Shown here: one piece after another, positions 12,028-20,840 of the stretch | How positions within the stretch are numbered: the first letter of the stretch is position 1 | Layout: each line of letters begins with the position of its first letter | Origin: Actinomycetes bacterium | GTDB lineage: Bacteria > Actinomycetota > Acidimicrobiia > Acidimicrobiales > JAJZJN01 | Direction: 5' to 3' | Assembly (NCBI GenBank): GCA_021851165.1 | Contig: JAJZJN010000001.1 | Coordinates: 1-52,804 of the forward strand | DNA: 52,804 bases | The notes under the pieces: generated by a model | The model's database searches: none | Seen by the model: only the letters and a program-made list of their open reading frames with translations | Told to the model about the DNA's origin: nothing | Position numbers and translations under genes: made by a program

Positions 12028-14595
12028 GTGCCAGGCGACACAATGCCTCCCGACCGCAGTCCCGGATCGGACACGGCTCGACCGGCGACGGAGCACCTGC
12101 TGCCGTCCGTCGCGGGTGCGCTGGCAGGAACCCGCATATTCGTTACGGGTGCCACCGGTTTCCTCGGAACTGCCCTGGTGGAACGACTGCTGCGCGCGGT
12201 ACCGGAGTGCAAGGTCGTAGTCCTCGTGCGACCGACACGGCGCGCTTCGGCCATAGAGAGGACGCGGCGCGAGATACTCCGCAACGATTGCTTCGATCGC
12301 CTCCGCATCGAGCTTGGCGAGACGTTCGATGACCACATGGCCGAACGCCTGACTGCCGTCGCGGGTGATGTCTCCACCGATGGCCTTGGCCTTGACGAGG
12401 AAGGGCTACGGATCCTCGCCTCTTGCGACACAGTCGTCCACTCTGCTGCTGCGGTGGCATTCGATGTGCCCCTGGACTCCGCTGTAGAGGTCAACCTGCT
12501 CGGTCCGTCCCGTGTGGCAGCCGCCATCGAGTCAGTGGCAGGAATGCGGCAGGCTGCCTATCCCGACGCCAGAGCAACGCATCTGATATCAGTCTCCACC
12601 GCCTACGTGGCTGGAACCCATCAGGGCGAAGCCACAGAAACCCTGGCAACCGATGCGATGAGCTCCAGGGCACGCTCTCGGACCCACACGACGGTCACCA
12701 CCGAGGTAGATATTGCAGCCGAGGTCGCCGCTGCACGGCGCTTGCGATCGCAGCTCGAAAGCTCCTCCCGTTCACCGGAGAACCTCGTCGGTTTCACCAA
12801 GGGCGCACGGCGCGAGCTGGGGTCCGCCGGTACCCACCTGCTGGCGGAGCGCGCTGAGAAGCTACGAGCCGACTGGGTTCGCTCCAAGCTGGTCGAAGCC
12901 GGAAGGGCCAGGGCACTGGCACTCGGCTGGCCCGACGCGTATGCCTTCACCAAAGCTCTCGGTGAGAGGGAGCTGATAACCAAGCACGCAGAGCGCCTTG
13001 CCAGAGCCGGTCGTGGACCGGCTGTCGACACGCTCCCCCAAGCGGGCATCCCCATCACCATCGTCCGTCCATCCATCATCGAGTCAGCCTTGGCAGAGCC
13101 GAGACCCGGATGGATTCGCGGCTTTCGCATGGCCGAGCCGATCATCATCTCGTATGCCCGTGGCCTGCTGAAGGAGTTTCCCGGCGTCCCCGAGGGAGTG
13201 GTCGACGTGATCCCGGTCGACCTCGTGGTCGCTGCGATCATCATCGCTGCTGCCGCAGGGCCCGACCCGTCGGGTCCTGCCGTCTACCACGTCGCCTCAG
13301 GGGTGAGAAATCCCCTGCTTTACGGCCAGCTGGTCGACCTGGTCCAATCCTGGTTCACGGAACACCCGTTGTACGATCCCGATGGCCAACCGATAGAGGT
13401 GCCGGCATGGTCCTTCCCCGGACGGGGACGGGTCCAGCGCCAGCTACACAGGACAGCCAAGGGTCTCGGCTTCGTAGAGCGTGTCATAGGCTCGCTCCCC
13501 GTACGCGGCCACCAGGCAGACCTTGCGTCGCGCGTCGAGGAACGCAGGGTGCTAGCCGAGCGTGCCCTCGGCTACGTAGAGCTCTATGGCGCCTACACCG
13601 AGACCGAGGCACGTTTCAGGGTGGACAGGCTCCTCGAGCTCGCGTCGAGATTGACCGCCGCCGACCGTAAGTCCTTTTGCTGCGACCCAGCAGTGGTGGA
13701 CTGGCCACACTACGTTCACCACATCCACCTTCCCTCAGTGGTCGATCACGCCCGGGTCCGCACCACCTCTGCGCGCACGGCAAGATCGACGCGCCAGGAG
13801 CGCTCTACGCGTGCGATCCTCGCAGACCAGCGGCACCTCGCGGCGTTCGATCTCGAGAACACCCTCATATCGTCGAATGTGGTCGACTCCTATGCCTGGC
13901 TCGCCAGCCGTCACCTATCGACACTCGACCGGATCCTGCTGACCGGACATCTGCTACGCGAGACGCCCGGACTTCTTGCCCTGGACAGGCGGGACCGGGG
14001 GGACTTCCTCCGAAGCTTCTACCGCCGCTACGAGGGAGCTCCTCTCGATCTCCTCCGAGCAGATGCCCGGGAGATGTTCGACCAGCTCCTATTGGTCAAG
14101 TCCTTCCCAGCGGGTATCGCCCGAGTCAGGGCACACCGCGCACTTGGCCACCGCACGGTCCTGATCACAGGCGCTCTCGACTTCGTCGTGGAGCCCCTGC
14201 GGCCACTGTTCGACGAGGTCGTCTGCGCTCGCCTCGGCGTGGAGAACGGCCGCCTCACCGGGCGGCTCGAGGAGCTCCCTCCGACCGGCGAGGCGCGCGC
14301 GCTACTCCTGGCGGCCTACGCGGACGCAGAAGGCCTCGACCTCGCCGAAGCTGTTGCCTACGCGGACTCGGCCTCGGACCTCCCCATGCTCGAGGCCGTA
14401 GGTTTTCCGGTTGCCGTCAACCCAGAAGCGAGGCTCGCGACTATCGCCAGACGCCGGGGCTGGCATATCGAGCACTGGGCAAGGTCACCTGGTGACGCCA
14501 GCCCCGTGCTTCCAATGGCTCCGCAGGACCGCGCTGCTCGTCGCTCCCCCGGATCTGGGCGCCCGCGGGCCAACGCCCCATGGGGACCGCTATGA
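12028..14595 (+). CDS. Fatty acyl-CoA reductase (NAD-binding 4 / male-sterility type) fused to a C-terminal HAD-IB hydrolase domain
   Basis: N-terminal half has IFVTGATGFLGTALVERLL and YAFTKALGE (YxxxK). C-terminal half has HAD-IB motifs FDLENTL (motif I, Glu at the Asp+2 position), ITGALDFVVEPL and YADSASDLPMLEAVGFPVAVNP. The start could instead be the ATG at 12043. Confidence 0.88.
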   Translation: MPGDTMPPDRSPGSDTARPATEHLLPSVAGALAGTRIFVTGATGFLGTALVERLLRAVPECKVVVLVRPTRRASAIERTRREILRNDCFDRLRIELGETFDDHMAERLTAVAGDVSTDGLGLDEEGLRILASCDTVVHSAAAVAFDVPLDSAVEVNLLGPSRVAAAIESVAGMRQAAYPDARATHLISVSTAYVAGTHQGEATETLATDAMSSRARSRTHTTVTTEVDIAAEVAAARRLRSQLESSSRSPENLVGFTKGARRELGSAGTHLLAERAEKLRADWVRSKLVEAGRARALALGWPDAYAFTKALGERELITKHAERLARAGRGPAVDTLPQAGIPITIVRPSIIESALAEPRPGWIRGFRMAEPIIISYARGLLKEFPGVPEGVVDVIPVDLVVAAIIIAAAAGPDPSGPAVYHVASGVRNPLLYGQLVDLVQSWFTEHPLYDPDGQPIEVPAWSFPGRGRVQRQLHRTAKGLGFVERVIGSLPVRGHQADLASRVEERRVLAERALGYVELYGAYTETEARFRVDRLLELASRLTAADRKSFCCDPAVVDWPHYVHHIHLPSVVDHARVRTTSARTARSTRQERSTRAILADQRHLAAFDLENTLISSNVVDSYAWLASRHLSTLDRILLTGHLLRETPGLLALDRRDRGDFLRSFYRRYEGAPLDLLRADAREMFDQLLLVKSFPAGIARVRAHRALGHRTVLITGALDFVVEPLRPLFDEVVCARLGVENGRLTGRLEELPPTGEARALLLAAYADAEGLDLAEAVAYADSASDLPMLEAVGFPVAVNPEARLATIARRRGWHIEHWARSPGDASPVLPMAPQDRAARRSPGSGRPRANAPWGPL

Positions 14596-15851
14596 AGGGT
14601 CTCCTGTTCGAGCGGAATCTCCCCCGTTTCGCTGCCGCACGGGTCGTATCGGCCATCGCAGGCTCTGGGCGTGGAAGCGCAGTCGGCCCGCTGCGCCTCG
14701 TCGACATGCCATCCCCGGAGCTTCCCGGGCCCGGGTGGTACCACGTCCGTCCCATCCTCGCAGGGATCTGCGGCTCGGACCTGGCTACCCTCGACGGACG
14801 GGCCTCCCGGTACTTCGAAGACTTCGTCAGCTTCCCGTTCGTCCCTGGACACGAGGTGGTGGGCCTGGTAGAGGGCGGCGACGCTGCTCTGCCCAGCGGA
14901 ACGCGTGTCGTCTTGGAGCCGGTGCTCGGCTGCATTGCGAGAGACATCCATCCTCCCTGCAATGCCTGTGCCGAGGGGCATACCGGCAATTGCGAGCGCG
15001 TCGCATTCGGGCACCTGGCTCCTGGGCTCCAGATCGGCTACTGCGCCGACACCGGAGGTGGATGGTCGAAGGGCGGGCTGGTTGCTCATGCGAGCCAACT
15101 TCACCGGGTTCCCGATTCCCTCGACGACGACAGTGCCGTCATGGTGGAGCCCACCGCTTGCGCTGTGCACGCAGCACTTCGGGCGCTCGAGCCATGGGAA
15201 AGCACCGGCGCTTCGCAAAACAGCGGTGAGGCGTCGCCACCCATGGTCGCAGTGGTCGGATCAGGGACCCTCGGTCTTACAACGATCGCGGCATTGCGCC
15301 ACTTCGGAGGTCAGGTCGTCGTATTGGCAGGCGCCAAGTACTCGCATCAGAAGGAGATGGCAATCGCGCTGGGAGCAGACGTGGCTGTCTCCCCGGGCGA
15401 GCTCGCGCGCGAGGTCAGGCGGAGAAGCCGCTCGCTCGTCGCCTCTGGGCATTCCACCAGTGGCGCCGACGTCGTGGTGGACTGCGTGGGAACTGGAGAG
15501 TCGATCAGCGAGTCGCTCGCCATGGTCCGCCCCAGAGGGCGCGTGGTCCTGGTGGGTATGCCGTCCAAGGTTGACATCGACCTTGCCTCTCTTTGGCATC
15601 GGGAGGTTGGCCTCGTAGGAGCGTACGCCTACGGCACGGAGCAGCTGTCCGGCCGTACTCGCTCGACATTCGACCTCGCGATCGAGCTGGCTGGTGCAGC
15701 AGGCATAGGGAGGCTGGTCTCGGCTCACTATCCCCTGGAACGTTTCGAGGAAGCGGTGGCCCACGCCGGGGCTGCCGGTAGGCGCGGTGCTGCGAAGATC
15801 GTCTTCGACTTGCGGGCACCGATCGTGAAAGGACCGACCAATGAGCCCTAG
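14592..15851 (+). CDS. Zinc-dependent medium-chain dehydrogenase (threonine/sorbitol dehydrogenase-like)
   Basis: GICGSD, PGHE and structural-Zn CNACAEGHTGNC motifs, plus a VAVVGSGTLG Rossmann fold. ATGA overlap with the FAR-HAD stop at 14592-14595. The ORF-track ATG at 14580 is an alternative. Confidence 0.9.
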   Translation: MKGLLFERNLPRFAAARVVSAIAGSGRGSAVGPLRLVDMPSPELPGPGWYHVRPILAGICGSDLATLDGRASRYFEDFVSFPFVPGHEVVGLVEGGDAALPSGTRVVLEPVLGCIARDIHPPCNACAEGHTGNCERVAFGHLAPGLQIGYCADTGGGWSKGGLVAHASQLHRVPDSLDDDSAVMVEPTACAVHAALRALEPWESTGASQNSGEASPPMVAVVGSGTLGLTTIAALRHFGGQVVVLAGAKYSHQKEMAIALGADVAVSPGELAREVRRRSRSLVASGHSTSGADVVVDCVGTGESISESLAMVRPRGRVVLVGMPSKVDIDLASLWHREVGLVGAYAYGTEQLSGRTRSTFDLAIELAGAAGIGRLVSAHYPLERFEEAVAHAGAAGRRGAAKIVFDLRAPIVKGPTNEP

Positions 15852-17430
15852 GCCCGGATTCGTCCTGGACGTCGACCGATCAAGCCCGCCCACGCTGTTC
15901 TGGCATGGTGAGGGATACCGCCTCGAGAAGCTTCCACCCGGCCGGAGCCGCGTCGTGTATGGCCCGGAGCCCCTCCGGTCGCTCGACGACCCTGTAACAG
16001 CCATACGCGACGCTCTGTGCAACCCTCTTGGTGAGAGCGAGCCGTTGCCGGCTCTGCTCCGCCCAGGCATGCGTCTAACGATCGCATTCGACGACGTCTC
16101 GCTGCCCCTTCCTCCTATGCGAAGCCCCGACGTGCGCCAGCTGGTGATCGAGCAGGTTCTCGACATGGCGGCCGCGGCCGGCGTCGACGATGTGGTCCTG
16201 GTGGCAGCCCTGGCGTTGCACAGGAGAATGACCGACGCGGAATTGCGCCATGCCCTCGGCAATAGGATCTTCGACGCGTTCGCCCCTCACGGCCTGCTCA
16301 CCCAGCACGATGCCGAGGACCCGTCCAACCTGGTCTACCTAGGCCGTACCGACCAGGGGGAAGATGTCGAGCTCAACCGCCGAGCAGCTACCTCGGACCT
16401 CCTCGTGTACGTGAACATCAACCTCGTCGCCATGGACGGTGGTCACAAGAGCGTCGCCACAGGTCTGGCCAGCTACCGGAGCATCCGCCATCACCACAAT
16501 GCCCGGACCATGCAGCAGAGCCGCTCGTTCATGGACCAGCACCACTCGGAGCTCCACTCGTCCAACTGGCGCATGGGCCGCCTGATCGCTTCGAATGGAG
16601 TGAAGGTGTTCCAAGTAGAGACCACCTTGAACACCGACACGTTCCCCGAGCAATTCAGGTTCCTCCAGCGCCGCGAGTGGGAGTGGACGATCAGGGACAG
16701 AGCAGCCTTCCTGGCGAGCTCAACAGCTCTCGGCCGCACTCCGGACAAGCTTCGGCGCTCGATCTTCCAGTCCATCAAGTCTCCCCATGCCATGACCTCC
16801 GTCCAGGCCGGGGAGGTGGAGGCCGTCCATGCACGCACCACCCAGAGCGTCTACGCCCAGCAGCTCGTGAGCGTGTCAGGCCAGACCGACATCCTGACAA
16901 TGGGTCTCCCTTACATCTCGCCGTACAACGTCGACTCGATCATGAACCCCATACTCGTGGCGTGTCTCGGTCTCGGCTACTTCTTCAACCTGTACCGCGG
17001 CAAGCCGCTCGTACGCGAGGGCGGGGTGGTAATAATGAGCCACCCCACGCCTTGGGCGTTCCATCCCGGACACCATCCAAGCTACATCGATTTCTTCGAG
17101 AACGTGCTCGCCGAGACCACCGATCCACTCCAGATCGGCAAGTTCGAGGAGGCGTATGCCACCGACCCGTGGTACGTGCATCTCTACCGCACAGGTCATG
17201 CCTACCATGGCGTCCATCCGTTCTATATGTGGTATTGGTGCGCGCATGCCCTCGAGCACCTCGGCGGGGTGATAGTCGTGGGAGGCGACCGGGCCGCGGT
17301 GCGCAGGCTCGGCTTCAAACCCGCCTCCACGCTCGACGATGCTCTGGAGATGGCCGAGGACGTCGTAGGTCGCAGCCCATCGATCACCCATGTGCACAAC
17401 CCACCGCTCCTCATGGCGGACGTGACATGA
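15841..17430 (+). CDS. LarA-like (lactate racemase N-terminal domain / DUF2088) protein, 529 aa
   Basis: LALHRRMTDAEL and VAMDGGHKSVATGLASYRSIRHHH resemble the LarA GxHR and SGGxK(NPN-tethering Lys)...His regions, aligned from memory. It overlaps the ADH stop by 11 nt and the next gene by ATGA. Confidence 0.75.
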   Translation: MSPRPGFVLDVDRSSPPTLFWHGEGYRLEKLPPGRSRVVYGPEPLRSLDDPVTAIRDALCNPLGESEPLPALLRPGMRLTIAFDDVSLPLPPMRSPDVRQLVIEQVLDMAAAAGVDDVVLVAALALHRRMTDAELRHALGNRIFDAFAPHGLLTQHDAEDPSNLVYLGRTDQGEDVELNRRAATSDLLVYVNINLVAMDGGHKSVATGLASYRSIRHHHNARTMQQSRSFMDQHHSELHSSNWRMGRLIASNGVKVFQVETTLNTDTFPEQFRFLQRREWEWTIRDRAAFLASSTALGRTPDKLRRSIFQSIKSPHAMTSVQAGEVEAVHARTTQSVYAQQLVSVSGQTDILTMGLPYISPYNVDSIMNPILVACLGLGYFFNLYRGKPLVREGGVVIMSHPTPWAFHPGHHPSYIDFFENVLAETTDPLQIGKFEEAYATDPWYVHLYRTGHAYHGVHPFYMWYWCAHALEHLGGVIVVGGDRAAVRRLGFKPASTLDDALEMAEDVVGRSPSITHVHNPPLLMADVT

Positions 17431-18440
17431 GCACTCGAAGCGGGGTTCCCGACGGCATTGGCCGCCTCGCCAATGTGACGGGCCTTCACCCAAGCGAGCT
17501 GGCAGGACGCCTGGGCCGTATCTTTGCCCGAGACTTTCCATGGTCGGCGCCTGCATGGCCGGTGGGCCTCGAGCGCCCTGCCCCCGACCGGCGGCTCGGA
17601 GTGGACTACGACACCTCATGGGCACGCGCCTACCCAGCACGCCTCGCAAGAGCGGTGATGACCGACAACCTGACCAGGCCGCTCATGCATGCTCTAGCCA
17701 CACCCACAGTGCGCGGCGAAGAGGTGCTCGATCAATGTGTATCGCCCACGATATTCGTGGCAAACCACTCCAGCCATATCGACACCGGCTTGCTCGTCTC
17801 CATCCTGCCTGCCCGCCTGCGACACCGGACAGTGGTAGCCGCTGCAGCCGACCACTTCTTCGACAGGCGCTGGAAGGCTCATCTCTGGGCATTCGCCCTC
17901 GGGGCTGTTCCCATAGAGCGCCACCGCGTGAACCGGAGATCTGCCGCACTCGCCACAGACCTCGTGGACGACGGATGGAACCTCATCATCTTCCCCGAGG
18001 GGGGCCGGACTCGAGATGGGTGGCTACAGCCTTTCCGGGGTGGTGCTGCATATGTGGCTGCCCACACCGGCAGGCCTGTCGTGCCAGCCTATATTTCCGG
18101 CACGCGCGAGATACTGGCCAAGGGGTCGAGCCGCTTGCGGCGCAATCCAGTGACCGTGACCTTCGGCCGTCCGCTGTGGGTGGAACCCGGCGAGGGTTCA
18201 CGACACTTCGAGCGCCGGATCGAAGAGGCTGTCGCCTCGCTGGCAGACGAGGCGGCTTCAGACTTCTTCTCGGCGAGAAGGCGCGCTTACAGCGCAAAGA
18301 CTCCGAGCCAGCGCGGGCCGGATGCCTCTCCATGGAGGCGGGCCTGGGCCCTCGCACCACGGGTGCCGGCCCAGCCAGGTGGAAACAACCATGCCTATCC
18401 GCCAGGCATGCCACACACGAATCTCAACACGCCCCGCTGA
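17427..18440 (+). CDS. PlsC-family (lysophospholipid / glycerol-phosphate) acyltransferase
   Basis: HX4D motif NHSSHID and the FPEGGRT block. The ATG at 17427 overlaps the LarA-like TGA (ATGA). The upstream part of the 587-aa track ORF (16677-17426) is an out-of-frame read-through of the LarA-like gene. Confidence 0.85.
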   Translation: MSTRSGVPDGIGRLANVTGLHPSELAGRLGRIFARDFPWSAPAWPVGLERPAPDRRLGVDYDTSWARAYPARLARAVMTDNLTRPLMHALATPTVRGEEVLDQCVSPTIFVANHSSHIDTGLLVSILPARLRHRTVVAAAADHFFDRRWKAHLWAFALGAVPIERHRVNRRSAALATDLVDDGWNLIIFPEGGRTRDGWLQPFRGGAAYVAAHTGRPVVPAYISGTREILAKGSSRLRRNPVTVTFGRPLWVEPGEGSRHFERRIEEAVASLADEAASDFFSARRRAYSAKTPSQRGPDASPWRRAWALAPRVPAQPGGNNHAYPPGMPHTNLNTPR

Positions 18441-18479
18441 TCCTCCCACCAGCTCCGCTCGTGGACATCCTGGGCGGTG

Positions 18480-20840
18480 TCACCGGCGCCAGCCAAGACG
18501 AGACATCAGCCGGGTCCGGCGGGCAAGCACGGCAGCGAAGCGCTCGGACCGCAACGCTGTCTCCTCACTGTCGCGCAGTGGGGGAAGGGCATCGCCTGTC
18601 GCCATCTGGAGAAGAGCATCGGCAAGTGAGGGATTACGTGCCAGTACCGGGCCGTGCAGATAGGTTCCTATCACCTTGCCCACCCAAGCTCCGTCGGCCG
18701 GCACACCTCGGCCCTCGATCGGAGCCGGTCGATCCAGGCCACGCCCCACACCAGGACGAGGCGCTCGGGACTGCAGTGACGTTCCGTTGCCCACGCCGAC
18801 CAGCACACGGCCGAGTGGCTCTACGCCCGCTCCAAGCGTGGTCACCCCGGCATGATTCTCGAAACCGGTCATCCGCTCGATCAGCGAGCTATGCCACAGC
18901 TCCGTTGCCGTCGAGCCCACCATGGTGTGCGCCACTCCTGATAAGCCGATTCCAGCCTGCTCACCAGCAGTGGCGCTCCATTCCGAGCGCCAGGGGTCGG
19001 AGACCACCTCGCCGACGGCCCTCCGACCTCCTCCCCTGACCGTCGTCACATCCACGATGCCCAAGCCGGAGCGCACCTGGCCGCCGAGACCAGGAAAGGA
19101 GGTGCCAATGATCTGGAATCCCGCGCACACGGCCAGCAGCACCGCGCCCCGTGAATGAGCCCGAGCAAGAGAGCCTTCGGCTGCAAGGATCTCAGTCGCC
19201 TCGACCTGTGGAGCGTCCTCGCCTCCACCGATGCAGTAGATGTCGCCGGTTTCGGGCAGAGGGTCGGTCGAGAAGGCTTCCACCATCTCCACGGCATATC
19301 CCCTCCTGCGGGCCCTCTCGGCGAGCACGAGCGCATTCCCGCCGTCTCCATAGGTGCCGAGAAGATCCGGATGCACCACCACCACCCGCAGAGCGGACCC
19401 GACAGGTCCCGAGCGCGTTGCTGCCGGCATGACACGCACGTCCGTCAGTCCATCTGCGCTCGTCCCCCGAGGCGGAAATGGCCGAGCAATCCCCATCACC
19501 CCTGTAGCTCCCATCACCCCTTTCGCTCCGGTGAGGAAGCCCGGCTGACCGGATCGGTGTCGGTGCACCCTCGAGAGCTTCTGCCGGAGATCTTGGAATG
19601 CGGTGTAGTTACCGATGTACTCCACCTGCGACGTCCCGAGCCACGTTGCCGCCGTTCCAAGCGCTTCGAGCTGCTCCGGCACGACTACGTGCTCCACAGC
19701 GCCGTATAGCAGGCGCACACCCAGGTCACGGCAGCGCTCGCCCGTCGCCACCACCTTGCGCCCGCGGAGCTGCTCGAAGGGAACGTCCCACAGCCACGAG
19801 GGATCATGCCCGTCTGCCACCCTGGCGTTTATCCCGATCACTACGGCTGGCGCATCCCCTTCGATCATGTCGAGCAGCTCGGTCCAACCAGCCGGGTTCT
19901 TGGCCAGGAGCATCCTCACCGCAGCCGATCCATAGGGCACGACCGCGTACCTGCCCTCGACCTCGGCCACAGGTGCCATCGCATCCAAGGCCGACCGGAG
20001 ATCGATGCCGAGCGCTGCCGCGCCTACCGCTGCCATGGATGCATTCGCCCGGTTGAACCGCCCTGGTATTCCAAGCACTATCGGCAACCGCTCGCCGGCC
20101 CTCGTCAACAGGTCCGACCCGTCTACCTCGAAATTCGGCTCTGGACGCGCGAAGCCACAGTCGCACGCCCAGCCCTTCCCGTCGAATGAGCCCCTCCCGT
20201 CGAATGAAACCCTCCCCCCACACGCCGGGCAGCCCGCCGCGTCCATCCTCCACAGCTCACCGGCAGCTACCCATACGACATTGGCGCTACCGGCAGCTGC
20301 CCATACCACGAGCGGATCGTCGGCGTTGGCGACCACCACAGCACCCGCTGCACGCGCCAGCGCCTCTCGCCAGCGCGTGGCCAGCATCCGAACCTCGCTG
20401 ACGCGATCGAGCTGATCCCTTGACAGGTTGAGCAGCACGATTACCTTCGGTGCCGTCGCAGTCATGACCAGGCCCAGATACGCCTCGTCCACCTCGAGGA
20501 CGGCCGGGGCACCCAGTGGAGCCTCGGCTAGCGCCGAGACCAGGCCCTGAGGCAGGTTGGCCCCTGATCCGGAAGTTGCAACGACCCCTCCGGGCGCCAA
20601 GCGCGCTACAGCCGCTGCAAAGAGCCTCGTCGTGGTGGTCTTGCCATTTGTCCCGCTCACGAGAGCCACCTGGCGGCCTCGGGCCAGCTCGGTGAGGAGG
20701 GATGGATCCAAAGCAAGACCAACATGCCCCCCTATGACGGATCCGCCCCCGAGGCCAAGCCGCCGTGAGGCTGCGCCAACAGCCCTGGTGGCCGCGGCAG
20801 CCACGGATGCCCTCTTCGCGTGTGTGCGGGGGGGGCTCAC
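18480..20840 (-). CDS. murT: MurT-GatD fusion: lipid II isoglutaminyl synthase ligase subunit fused to the glutamine amidotransferase subunit
   Basis: aa 1-425 are a Mur-ligase fold (VSGTNGKTTTT), a Cys4 ribbon (CPACGG...CDCG) and a DUF1727-like end. A linker of about 55 aa follows. aa 483-786 are CobB/CobQ-type GATase (LLAVCAGFQIIG nucleophile Cys, YLHGPVLARNP His). The frame is continuous with no stop. Confidence 0.9.
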   Translation of the reverse strand: MSPPRTHAKRASVAAAATRAVGAASRRLGLGGGSVIGGHVGLALDPSLLTELARGRQVALVSGTNGKTTTTRLFAAAVARLAPGGVVATSGSGANLPQGLVSALAEAPLGAPAVLEVDEAYLGLVMTATAPKVIVLLNLSRDQLDRVSEVRMLATRWREALARAAGAVVVANADDPLVVWAAAGSANVVWVAAGELWRMDAAGCPACGGRVSFDGRGSFDGKGWACDCGFARPEPNFEVDGSDLLTRAGERLPIVLGIPGRFNRANASMAAVGAAALGIDLRSALDAMAPVAEVEGRYAVVPYGSAAVRMLLAKNPAGWTELLDMIEGDAPAVVIGINARVADGHDPSWLWDVPFEQLRGRKVVATGERCRDLGVRLLYGAVEHVVVPEQLEALGTAATWLGTSQVEYIGNYTAFQDLRQKLSRVHRHRSGQPGFLTGAKGVMGATGVMGIARPFPPRGTSADGLTDVRVMPAATRSGPVGSALRVVVVHPDLLGTYGDGGNALVLAERARRRGYAVEMVEAFSTDPLPETGDIYCIGGGEDAPQVEATEILAAEGSLARAHSRGAVLLAVCAGFQIIGTSFPGLGGQVRSGLGIVDVTTVRGGGRRAVGEVVSDPWRSEWSATAGEQAGIGLSGVAHTMVGSTATELWHSSLIERMTGFENHAGVTTLGAGVEPLGRVLVGVGNGTSLQSRAPRPGVGRGLDRPAPIEGRGVPADGAWVGKVIGTYLHGPVLARNPSLADALLQMATGDALPPLRDSEETALRSERFAAVLARRTRLMSRLGWRR
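19492..19527. repeat. 18-bp tandem duplication (x2) in the MurT-GatD linker
   Basis: cccatcacccctgtagct / cccatcacccctttcgct, encoding (minus strand) GVMGAT-GVMGIA. Confidence 0.85.
20173..20208. repeat. 18-bp tandem duplication (x2) inside the MurT zinc-ribbon loop
   Basis: cccttcccgtcgaatgag / cccctcccgtcgaatgaa, encoding SFDGRG-SFDGKG between the CPAC and CDC pairs. Confidence 0.85.

Noticed and set aside
15261-17649. Minus-strand ORFs 15261-16262 (333 aa) and 16876-17649 (257 aa), and the plus-strand 16677-17426 head of the 587-aa ORF.
   Set aside because: They are antisense or out of frame relative to the well-supported ADH, LarA-like and PlsC genes. The 587-aa ORF is real only from the ATG at 17427.
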